Shown: positions 39,353 through 46,873 of the stretch, piece after piece | Layout: every line of letters starts with the position of its first letter | How positions within the stretch are numbered: position 1 is the stretch's first letter | Assembly (NCBI GenBank): GCA_045593845.1 | Contig: JAZNXK010000029.1 | Coordinates: forward strand, 1 to 62,908 | Source of the DNA: Alphaproteobacteria bacterium | GTDB lineage: Bacteria; Pseudomonadota; Alphaproteobacteria; RF32; CAG-239 | Length of the DNA stretch: 62,908 nt | Direction of reading: 5' to 3' | Program-made: the position numbers and the translations under genes | The notes under the pieces: model-generated | Seen by the model: the letters and a program-made list of their open reading frames with translations, nothing else | Database searches by the model: none | What the model was told of the DNA's origin: nothing

Positions 39353-40488
39353 AAGATGCTTTAGGATATTATAAAATATTGGAAATAAATACCCCGCAGG
39401 ATATGGCGGAATTGAAAAACAAATATCACAGCCTTGCCAAAATGTGGCACCCAGATTCTAATCAGGATCCGTCGGCAATGGAACATTTCCAGAAATTGTC
39501 AACGGCATACGATATTTTAAAAGATGATGAAAAACGTCTTGAATATGATTTGTTGAGCGAGATTTATACCGAGCAAAACTTTCCGGATATAAATAATTTA
39601 AATATTATCAAAGACCAAAATCAAACGGAAAGCCCGCTGGTAAGAGTTGTTGTGTTACAAAAAGTTATAGGAAAGATACTTTCTTATACCAATCATACAG
39701 ACAAACTTGTTTGCACATATTCCCAAGCCAAACAGGAAGTGTTACGTTATTCTCTCATCAATTGGTTCTGCGGTTGGTGGCACCTTAAAGCATTTATTGC
39801 AAATATAAAAGCAATAATTCATAATATAAGTAATATAGGGAGCAATAAAACTGATAATTTGATATTGCTTATACATAACGCTATTGCTTATAAAAAGGCG
39901 CAAAAAAAATCACAATCAATCATCTCTGCTACACAAGCTTTGCAATATTGCACTCCGTCACAAAGTATTTTAGTTAAACAATTTATCGCTAGCGAAAATC
40001 CTAAAAAAATGCCAAAAAATGTTTGTTGGCATACCGGAATATTAAAGATATATCAGCTGATAATCCCGCTAGTTTTAATATTGCTTATCAGCTATCCCTA
40101 CATACAAAAAAAATCATTATGGAAATATATGCAAAAAAATAACGAAATAACATTTTTCCAAAAAGTAAAACTTAATAACGGCAAAGAAATTATGGATGAC
40201 GTGGTTGTTTCAAAAATATTTTCCATTCCCGTAAATTTAAATGACAACAGCAAATTATACCATCTCAAAGAAGAGACAAATATAATGTACGGACCGAGCG
40301 AAAGATTTGACGTTATAAGCAAGGGTAAAGCAAATCAAACAGTTCGTTTAACCGGATTAACTGCCGATAAAAAATGGTATAGAATTATGATAGATAGCGG
40401 TGAAATGGGATTTGTATCCAAGCAATTTTTGCAATTTGGAGTCGGAACTCCCCCGCCTTACGGCAGCAAAATAGTGCCTCAAAACTAG
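39349..40488 (+). CDS. DnaJ-domain membrane protein with a C-terminal SH3b-like domain
   Basis: YYKILEI...WHPD...AYDILKD..KR..YD; TM helix LIIPLVLILLISY; GPSERFDVI...WYRIMIDSGEMGFV. Confidence 0.85.
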   Translation: MKDALGYYKILEINTPQDMAELKNKYHSLAKMWHPDSNQDPSAMEHFQKLSTAYDILKDDEKRLEYDLLSEIYTEQNFPDINNLNIIKDQNQTESPLVRVVVLQKVIGKILSYTNHTDKLVCTYSQAKQEVLRYSLINWFCGWWHLKAFIANIKAIIHNISNIGSNKTDNLILLIHNAIAYKKAQKKSQSIISATQALQYCTPSQSILVKQFIASENPKKMPKNVCWHTGILKIYQLIIPLVLILLISYPYIQKKSLWKYMQKNNEITFFQKVKLNNGKEIMDDVVVSKIFSIPVNLNDNSKLYHLKEETNIMYGPSERFDVISKGKANQTVRLTGLTADKKWYRIMIDSGEMGFVSKQFLQFGVGTPPPYGSKIVPQN

Positions 40489-40627
40489 CTTATACATATT
40501 TATACAATATATATATCCGAAAGATGTAAGATTTTTTCATAACACGAATACTAGTTTTCACCACTAGTAACGACACCTGTTTTATGATTACATTTAACAG
40601 AATTAAACAGGTGAAAGGAAACAAAAA

Positions 40628-40858
40628 ATGGCGCAGTCTGACAAAACCAAAACACAGCAAAACGAATGTGCGCGAGAACTTTTATTGATTGATAAAATAT
40701 ACCAAAGTTTTGAGGCATTGGAATATACACTCGGACAGTTAAAACTGGAAGAGCCTTTGTTCATAACCTATATGGCAAAGAAATCATTTGCAGATAAAGT
40801 ATTTCATCAAGTTCGACATTATCAGGAAAAAATAAAATCCAAAAAATATCTCAATTAA
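40628..40858 (+). CDS. Small hypothetical protein
   Basis: 76 aa, AAAGGA RBS, stop abuts the cysS stop. Confidence 0.6.
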   Translation: MAQSDKTKTQQNECARELLLIDKIYQSFEALEYTLGQLKLEEPLFITYMAKKSFADKVFHQVRHYQEKIKSKKYLN

Positions 40859-42235
40859 CTAAACTCTTTTCCAAGAAGTTCCGTTGGGTGTATCTTCCAA
40901 AAGAATACCGCTTTCCTTCAGTTGATTACGGATTTCGTCGGCTCTTGCCCAATTTTTTTCCTTTTTGGCATTTGCTCTTTCTTCAATCAAAGAATTTATC
41001 TGTTCAGCACCAATCTCTGCATTTGAAACCGGATTCTTAAACCAGCTTTCCGGATCTTGATACAGCAACCCCAAAACTTTTGCACTGGCTAACAGAACTG
41101 ACTTATATTTTTTCTTTTCCGCAGCCTCCGTAGCCTTATTGAGATTATTAACAATTTCGTGCAAATAAGCAATAGCCAACGGAGTATTTATATCATCAGT
41201 CAAAGCATCCATCACTTTTTGATCCGGAGCAACGGGAGAAATTGCAATATCTTTTACTTTTAACAAAGCATTATAAAACTTATCCAAAACTTGTTTTGCC
41301 TGTTTCAGACCCTCAAACGTAAAATTAAAGGGTTGATGATAATGTGAACTGATAAAGAGCAAACGCAAAGCTTCAGCAGGATATTGTGCTACAATTTCTT
41401 TTACGGTATGAAAATTGCCCAAAGATTTTGACATCTTCACACCGTCAACCATCAACATTCCTGCATGAACCCAATAATTTGCAAAACTATCATTAGGGTG
41501 GGCACACAAAGACTGTGCACACTCATTTTCATGATGCGGAAAAATAAGATCCGAACCTCCGCCATGAATATCAAAAGAATTGCCCAAATATTTAGAACTC
41601 ATTGCCGAGCATTCCAAATGCCACCCTGGTCGACCGTATCCCCAAGGGCTATCCCAACCAGGCTGTCCGTTTTCGGAAGGTTTCCATAAAATGAAGTCAG
41701 CCGGATTTTTCTTATATTCAGCCACTTCAATTCTAGCTCCGGCCAACATTTCTTTCATGCTTCTTCCTGATAAAAAGCCGTATTTCGGCATTGAATCGAC
41801 ATCAAACAAAACATGCCCGTTTGCAATATATGCATGTCCGTTATCAATCAACATCTGGACCAACTCTATCATCTCTTGCACAAATTCGGTAGCTTTTGGT
41901 CTGAAGTCGGGATCCTTAACATTTAGGGCATGCATATCTTCAAGATACCAATTATATGTCTCTGTCGTAATTTCAGCGATAGGTTTGCCAGTTTCCTTAT
42001 GTTTATTTAGTATTTTGTCGTCAATATCAGTGATATTGGAAACATAAGTAACATTTTTTTGCCCATAAACTTCGCGCAAGATTCTGTTTAATACATCAAA
42101 AACCACGGCAGATTTGGCATTTCCCAAATGTGCACGATCATAAACCGTAGGCCCGCAAACATACATACGAACATTTTTTTCATCTATCGGAACAAACTTT
42201 TCTTTTCTTTTAGTCAGTGTGTTGTGCAAAAACAT
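40859..42235 (-). CDS. cysS: Cysteine--tRNA ligase
   Basis: MYVCGPTVY, HLGN, GRPGWHLECSAM, DIHGGG.DLIFPHHENE, KMSKS. Confidence 0.98.
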   Translation of the reverse strand: MFLHNTLTKRKEKFVPIDEKNVRMYVCGPTVYDRAHLGNAKSAVVFDVLNRILREVYGQKNVTYVSNITDIDDKILNKHKETGKPIAEITTETYNWYLEDMHALNVKDPDFRPKATEFVQEMIELVQMLIDNGHAYIANGHVLFDVDSMPKYGFLSGRSMKEMLAGARIEVAEYKKNPADFILWKPSENGQPGWDSPWGYGRPGWHLECSAMSSKYLGNSFDIHGGGSDLIFPHHENECAQSLCAHPNDSFANYWVHAGMLMVDGVKMSKSLGNFHTVKEIVAQYPAEALRLLFISSHYHQPFNFTFEGLKQAKQVLDKFYNALLKVKDIAISPVAPDQKVMDALTDDINTPLAIAYLHEIVNNLNKATEAAEKKKYKSVLLASAKVLGLLYQDPESWFKNPVSNAEIGAEQINSLIEERANAKKEKNWARADEIRNQLKESGILLEDTPNGTSWKRV

Positions 42236-42249
42236 ATATATAAACTCCG

Positions 42250-43572
42250 CTACGCTTTAATACCTTTAAGTCTTTTATAAACCCTGTCATAGCCGATTAA
42301 AGGCAATAAAATTTTCAATTCGGGACCGTTATCTTGGGCAGTAATCGCCTTGCGCAAAGGATGAAATAAATCCTTTCCCTTAAGTCCGGTTGCCGATTTG
42401 ACATCATTGACCCATTTGTTGAAAGTATCATCATTCCAAGGCTCGGGAGGTAATAATTCCGATGCTTTTTCCAACAAATTTTCATTTTCAACAATCGGCT
42501 CAACTTCTTTGCAACAAATGTCAATCCACTGTTGACAATCGCTGACTATGTTCAAATTTCCGCGCACTACTTCCCAAAATCTCTCCTCAATATTGACTCT
42601 GCCGGCAATATATTTATAAGGCATATTTCTTACTAAATGAGTATTAAAACGCTCCAAATCATCTTCCGAAAACTTTGGTTGAGCACGGCCAATCTTATTA
42701 AAATCAAGTGTTTGAGCCAAACTAATCAAATCATAAAACGGCTCAACTCCTTCAGATGTTCCGAGTTTTGCCAAATATGAAGAAATAGCCATAGCTTCTA
42801 TTCCTCTTGCTCTCAAATCCAAAACTCCGATGCTTCCCAAACGTTTTGACAATTTTCCCTCTTGTCCTGTCAACAACGGTAAGTGTGCAAAAGTAGGCGC
42901 TACACCTCCGATTGCTTCAAACATCTGAATTTGTGCGGCAGTATTTGTAACATGATCTTCTCCACGCACAATATGGGTAATTCCGAAATCGCAATCATCA
43001 ATAACCGACGGTAGATGATAAAGATAACTTCCGTCCGCCCTGATAATAACGGGGTCACTCAAATTTTTTGCATTATAACGACATTCGCTACGTATCATAT
43101 CCTGCCAAACAATATCACCATCAAGCAGCCTAAAACGGTAATGGGGTTTGCGACCTTCTGCCTTATAAGCAGCAATTTGCTCGTCTGTTAATTTTAAAGC
43201 ACTTCTGTCATAAATCGGCGGTAAACCCTTGGTCATCAGCTTTTTGCGCATCATATCCAATTCTTCTGCCGTTTCATAACATGGATAAACTCTGCCGCTT
43301 TCAATAAGTTTTGCAGTAACCTCGCGGTATCTGTCAAAGCGCTCTGATTGCTTTGCTTCACTGTCCCAATTAAGTCCGAGCCAAATAAGGCTCTCTCTAA
43401 TAGCTGTCTCATATTCCGGCTTTGAACGTTCACCGTCAGTATCATCAATGCGCAACATAAAATGCCCGCCAGACTTCTTCGCTAAAAGCCAGTTAAAAAT
43501 TGCCGTGCGGGTATTGCCGATATGCATATAACCGGTAGGCGATGGTGCAAATCTTACTTTTATAGACGTCAT
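42250..43572 (-). CDS. gltX: Glutamate--tRNA ligase
   Basis: RFAPSPTG.MHIGN, RIDDTD, RGEDH, KLSKR, GPEL. Confidence 0.96.
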   Translation of the reverse strand: MTSIKVRFAPSPTGYMHIGNTRTAIFNWLLAKKSGGHFMLRIDDTDGERSKPEYETAIRESLIWLGLNWDSEAKQSERFDRYREVTAKLIESGRVYPCYETAEELDMMRKKLMTKGLPPIYDRSALKLTDEQIAAYKAEGRKPHYRFRLLDGDIVWQDMIRSECRYNAKNLSDPVIIRADGSYLYHLPSVIDDCDFGITHIVRGEDHVTNTAAQIQMFEAIGGVAPTFAHLPLLTGQEGKLSKRLGSIGVLDLRARGIEAMAISSYLAKLGTSEGVEPFYDLISLAQTLDFNKIGRAQPKFSEDDLERFNTHLVRNMPYKYIAGRVNIEERFWEVVRGNLNIVSDCQQWIDICCKEVEPIVENENLLEKASELLPPEPWNDDTFNKWVNDVKSATGLKGKDLFHPLRKAITAQDNGPELKILLPLIGYDRVYKRLKGIKA

Positions 43573-43909
43573 AGTAAATCCTCTCATTTTATAAGTTCCG
43601 AATTCTACAAATATATTGTATTTATTTCAAGTTTTTTTAGCAGATTCGCTGTATATTTTTTCCATATGCTTGAATGAAAGACAAAAATAAGAGATTATGT
43701 AATTAAAAACATCTACAAAAAACAATGGTAATAATCGGCAATAACAAAGAAAATCAACTATGAAATTTTTGTTACAGAATAATTTTATATAGTAAAAACA
43801 AAATGTTAACACTGATTTTGGGAGAGTCTGAAACACTGGATTTTTCTCTCAAAATGAGCTACAATAAAAATGTAAGAAGTACAACAACTTAAATTTAAGG
43901 AGAAAAATC

Positions 43910-44260
43910 ATGCGATTTATTAAGAAAAACTTCTGGACAATGTTAGCGATGATTTTCGTTATTTCATTGTCATTTGTCAGCGACGCTTCTGCACAAACCT
44001 TCTTTGTTACAACACAAGGTAAGTTGATTCAACTTTTCCAAAACGTAAAGTTAGTTGTGTTCATCATTGGCGGTTTCGGCTTGGTTGCAGTTGCTTTTGC
44101 TGCTATTTTTGGCAAAATTAACTGGAAATGGTTTGCAGGTTTAGCAGCAGGTCTTGCTATCTTGGCTGCAGCTGCAATGGCTATTGAATACGTTACCGGT
44201 ACTGCTGGTTGGGAATCATCTAATAACCAAACAGTTGTTGATACATTTGGTAACATTTAG
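43910..44260 (+). CDS. virB2: VirB2/TrbC family pilin 1 (probable major pilin)
   Basis: Signal peptide ending ASA|Q, two hydrophobic helices joined by FGKINWKWF, AAGGAG RBS, downstream terminator, upstream of virB3-virB4. Confidence 0.8.
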   Translation: MRFIKKNFWTMLAMIFVISLSFVSDASAQTFFVTTQGKLIQLFQNVKLVVFIIGGFGLVAVAFAAIFGKINWKWFAGLAAGLAILAAAAMAIEYVTGTAGWESSNNQTVVDTFGNI

Positions 44261-44284
44261 TATTGTAGCCAAACTCAACCCAAC

Positions 44285-44332
44285 AAAGGAGAGCTGCCGA
44301 AAGCTCTCAGCCGACAGCGGCTCTCCTTTTTT
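44285..44332 (+). terminator. Intrinsic terminator with an alternative fold after virB2-1
   Basis: AAAGGAGAGCTGC...GCGGCTCTCCTTTTTT 13-bp stem; competing GAGAGCT/AGCTCTC hairpin. Confidence 0.7.
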
Positions 44333-44364
44333 CTTCAACCGATATTTATGAAAGGAGACCTAAA

Positions 44365-44703
44365 ATGCTGTGTATAAAACTAAAGAAACAGATATTTATG
44401 TTTTTGGCTGTATTTGTGATTTCTTCAGTTTTATTTGCAGCCGAAAGCTATGCCGCCGACAGCGGATTGTTTAGTGATCTCATTTCTAAAGGTGCCGAAA
44501 TATTCAACGGTATGCGTGATATTATATATGCCGTATCCGGTTTTGGTATTATCGCCGTTGCTATTGGCGGTATATTCGGTAACTTCAACTGGAAATGGCT
44601 CGGAGCTATCATAATCGGATTGATGGTTATTGCCGTAACCTCAGGAATAATAGAATATCTGACTGGCACAAAAATACAAGACATAACAGATACTTTAAAA
44701 TAA
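44365..44703 (+). CDS. virB2: VirB2/TrbC family pilin 2
   Basis: Signal ending SYA, IIYAVSGFGIIAVAIGGIFGNFNWKWL; paralog of 43910. Confidence 0.78.
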   Translation: MLCIKLKKQIFMFLAVFVISSVLFAAESYAADSGLFSDLISKGAEIFNGMRDIIYAVSGFGIIAVAIGGIFGNFNWKWLGAIIIGLMVIAVTSGIIEYLTGTKIQDITDTLK

Positions 44704-44715
44704 AAGGAGGCGGCC

Positions 44716-45405
44716 ATGAAAAAAATAATCAACATATATGTAACCGCAGCTATTCTGATACTATTAAGTGCCGGCACATCTTTTGCAGCAGATAACATAT
44801 TTGCTACCATTGTCAGCAAAGTAAATACCACATTACTCGACTTACAAAAAGTTGTATATATTATAGGTGGTTTGGGCATGGTTGCGTTCGCTTTTGCTGC
44901 CGTATTTGGAAAAATCAGCTTCAGACATCTTTCATACCTGTCTTTTAGTCTGTTTTTGGTCGCCATGATGGGGCCTTTCGTTCGTTATTTTAGCGGTGAT
45001 GATAGTGCAATGACTCAATTGGAATATCAAGATTATTGTCAAGTTCAAGATTGTTCATTTGGCTATTTTCCTGAAGATTGCGAGGGGAACGACTGCGATA
45101 CACCTGATGATGTTGATTGTGATTCACTGTATAATGCTGCCCTTGGAGGTGATCCAGACGCAAATAGTCAACTGGCTGATACCGATTGCCAAGACCAACT
45201 TTTCAATGGTCTTAATATTCCCAATAGCAACAATAACAACAATAACAATAATAACAATAGCAACAATAACAACAATAACAATAATAACAATAATAACAGC
45301 TCTTCGTGTGACGAATGGGGCAATATAATGAACAACTCAAATTATCCTCTTTCACAACAATTAGTGGCTCAACATAACTATATAGCGAACGGTTGCAGTA
45401 ACTAG
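44716..45405 (+). CDS. virB2: VirB2/TrbC family pilin 3 with a Cys/Asp-rich and poly-Asn C-terminal extension
   Basis: VVYIIGGLGMVAFAFAAVFGKISF paralogous core followed by an extension with 8 Cys and an Asn run. Confidence 0.72.
   Translation: MKKIINIYVTAAILILLSAGTSFAADNIFATIVSKVNTTLLDLQKVVYIIGGLGMVAFAFAAVFGKISFRHLSYLSFSLFLVAMMGPFVRYFSGDDSAMTQLEYQDYCQVQDCSFGYFPEDCEGNDCDTPDDVDCDSLYNAALGGDPDANSQLADTDCQDQLFNGLNIPNSNNNNNNNNNNSNNNNNNNNNNNNSSSCDEWGNIMNNSNYPLSQQLVAQHNYIANGCSN
45223..45297 (+). repeat. AAC/AAT microsatellite containing an exact 33-bp tandem duplication
   Basis: AATAGCAACAATAACAACAATAACAATAATAAC at 45223-45255 and 45256-45288. Confidence 0.92.
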
Positions 45406-45416
45406 AGGTAATTTTC

Positions 45417-45740
45417 ATGAGAAAAATAGCAAAATTTTTAACTTTCGTTATATTAATACAAACAGTGTTTTCCGTCGATCCGTGGCGCAGAACTCAAAAA
45501 TTTTTTGATAGTTACGGCAATACCGCAAAATCATCATCAAGCGCAAATACTAAAATGCAAAGTAATGATTCAGATGAAAATTATCAGTATGTCTTATCTG
45601 TGCTTAAAAATGTTGATAAAAGAACAAATAACTACGATAAGAATGTTTCCGAAATATTAAATTCATGGAGCAAAAGCCCCAATTCATTGAATACTTTTAG
45701 CAATGTTGTTTCTGTTATCAATAATGCACAAAAGTATTAA
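45417..45740 (+). CDS. Small exported hypothetical protein in the T4SS locus
   Basis: GAGG RBS, N-terminal signal-like segment MRKIAKFLTFVILIQTVFS, S/N-rich. Confidence 0.6.
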   Translation: MRKIAKFLTFVILIQTVFSVDPWRRTQKFFDSYGNTAKSSSSANTKMQSNDSDENYQYVLSVLKNVDKRTNNYDKNVSEILNSWSKSPNSLNTFSNVVSVINNAQKY

Positions 45741-45744
45741 AATA

Positions 45745-45759
45745 TTAAGCTAAAATTAA
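45745..45759 (+). promoter_or_regulatory. CtrA-box-like motif upstream of the type IV pilin
   Basis: TTAA-GCTAAAA-TTAA; the AT-rich context lowers significance. Confidence 0.35.
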
Positions 45760-45815
45760 TAAAATATGTTCATAATGACTGCAAACGTAATAACTGTAAT
45801 GCGGGAAATTATACT

Positions 45816-46418
45816 ATGCTTAAAAGAAAACTATCAGAAAATTCAGGACGTTCAACTCTTGAAATGATTGGTGTCTTAACCATAATGGCAGTTTTGACTA
45901 TAGGTGGTATTGCCGGATATTCTAAAGCTATGCCAAAATATAGAATGTCAAAAATGGCAGAGCAAACTTCTTTAATCATAACTAATATTCGAGCTGCCTA
46001 TGCTATAAAAGATGATTATGCAGGACTAACCACAACTGCTGCAATTCAGATGGGAGCAATAGCTAAAGAAATGACCAAAATTGCAAGCGGAACTAATACA
46101 CTTGCAGCATTTAATCCCTTTGGAGGCCGAATATTTCTTTCCCCTGCCGAGGATCATAAAAGTGTATTTATAACTATAGCTGGCCTTCCAACCAATGCTT
46201 GTGTGTACCTTGGTTCTGCTGACTGGGGCGGAAGAGTTGGCAATGGTATTGCTTCCGTAGCAACTGTTGCTCAATCAACGCAGGCTCCAGTTTCTGAACG
46301 TCTTACAGAGAATATTGGTACTGCTGAAGATAATACCTTACCACTTGGAGTCATCGAAGCCAGTAATGGTTGCAACGGGGAAGAATCAAATAATGCCGTA
46401 GTTATTGAGTATAGATAA
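45816..46418 (+). CDS. Type IV pilin (class III signal peptide, PilS-like head)
   Basis: SENSG|RSTLEMIGVLTIMAVLTIGGIAGY (E at +5), NPFGG, GLPTNACVYL, C-terminal Cys pair. Confidence 0.85.
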   Translation: MLKRKLSENSGRSTLEMIGVLTIMAVLTIGGIAGYSKAMPKYRMSKMAEQTSLIITNIRAAYAIKDDYAGLTTTAAIQMGAIAKEMTKIASGTNTLAAFNPFGGRIFLSPAEDHKSVFITIAGLPTNACVYLGSADWGGRVGNGIASVATVAQSTQAPVSERLTENIGTAEDNTLPLGVIEASNGCNGEESNNAVVIEYR

Positions 46419-46582
46419 TTACCTGTCAAAATAACGGTTCTGCAGAAATTAGTCTGCAAAGATTTCAGATTGTAGCCGATTTATCTATTTTTAAGCTTTT
46501 TAACATATACTGTTGATTGCTGGGTTTTTTGTTGCATTCCAAAAACTTTTTTTGTAGAATCAAAAAACAGGGAGAACAAACA

Positions 46583-46873
46583 ATGAGAGAACCGATATTA
46601 AAAGCCGTTGCCGCACCGCCTAAGATATTGTGGGCGCCGTTTTTGCCCGTGCTCTTAAATATCGGTGTTCAGTTTCCGTTTATGTTTGCATCTATAGGCA
46701 CTTTTGATGTTAATCCCTTGGTTTTTGTAATATCTATCGTTATTGTTCACCTCATCATTATTATTTTTGCAAACAGAGAGCCTCACATTTCAAACATGAT
46801 TCAGGCATTCGGTCAATGTTATCGCGTAACCAACAATCTATATAAAACGAAGGGGAAGAAATTTGCACCCTGA
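46583..46873 (+). CDS. virB3: VirB3 family protein
   Basis: EPILKAVAAPPKILWAP, two TM segments, REPH, ends KFAP; directly upstream of virB4. Confidence 0.8.
   Translation: MREPILKAVAAPPKILWAPFLPVLLNIGVQFPFMFASIGTFDVNPLVFVISIVIVHLIIIIFANREPHISNMIQAFGQCYRVTNNLYKTKGKKFAP

Noticed and set aside
43815-43855. Imperfect inverted repeat upstream of virB2-1
   Set aside because: Only about 10/12 matches in AT-rich DNA; cannot be distinguished from chance without comparative data
45212-45418. Antisense Cys/Tyr-rich ORF (CYYCYYC...) resembling a metallothionein or RiPP precursor
   Set aside because: It is the reverse complement of the poly-Asn microsatellite in virB2-3
46491-46504. Possible CtrA box before virB3
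   Set aside because: The TTAA half-sites are 5 bp apart, not 7
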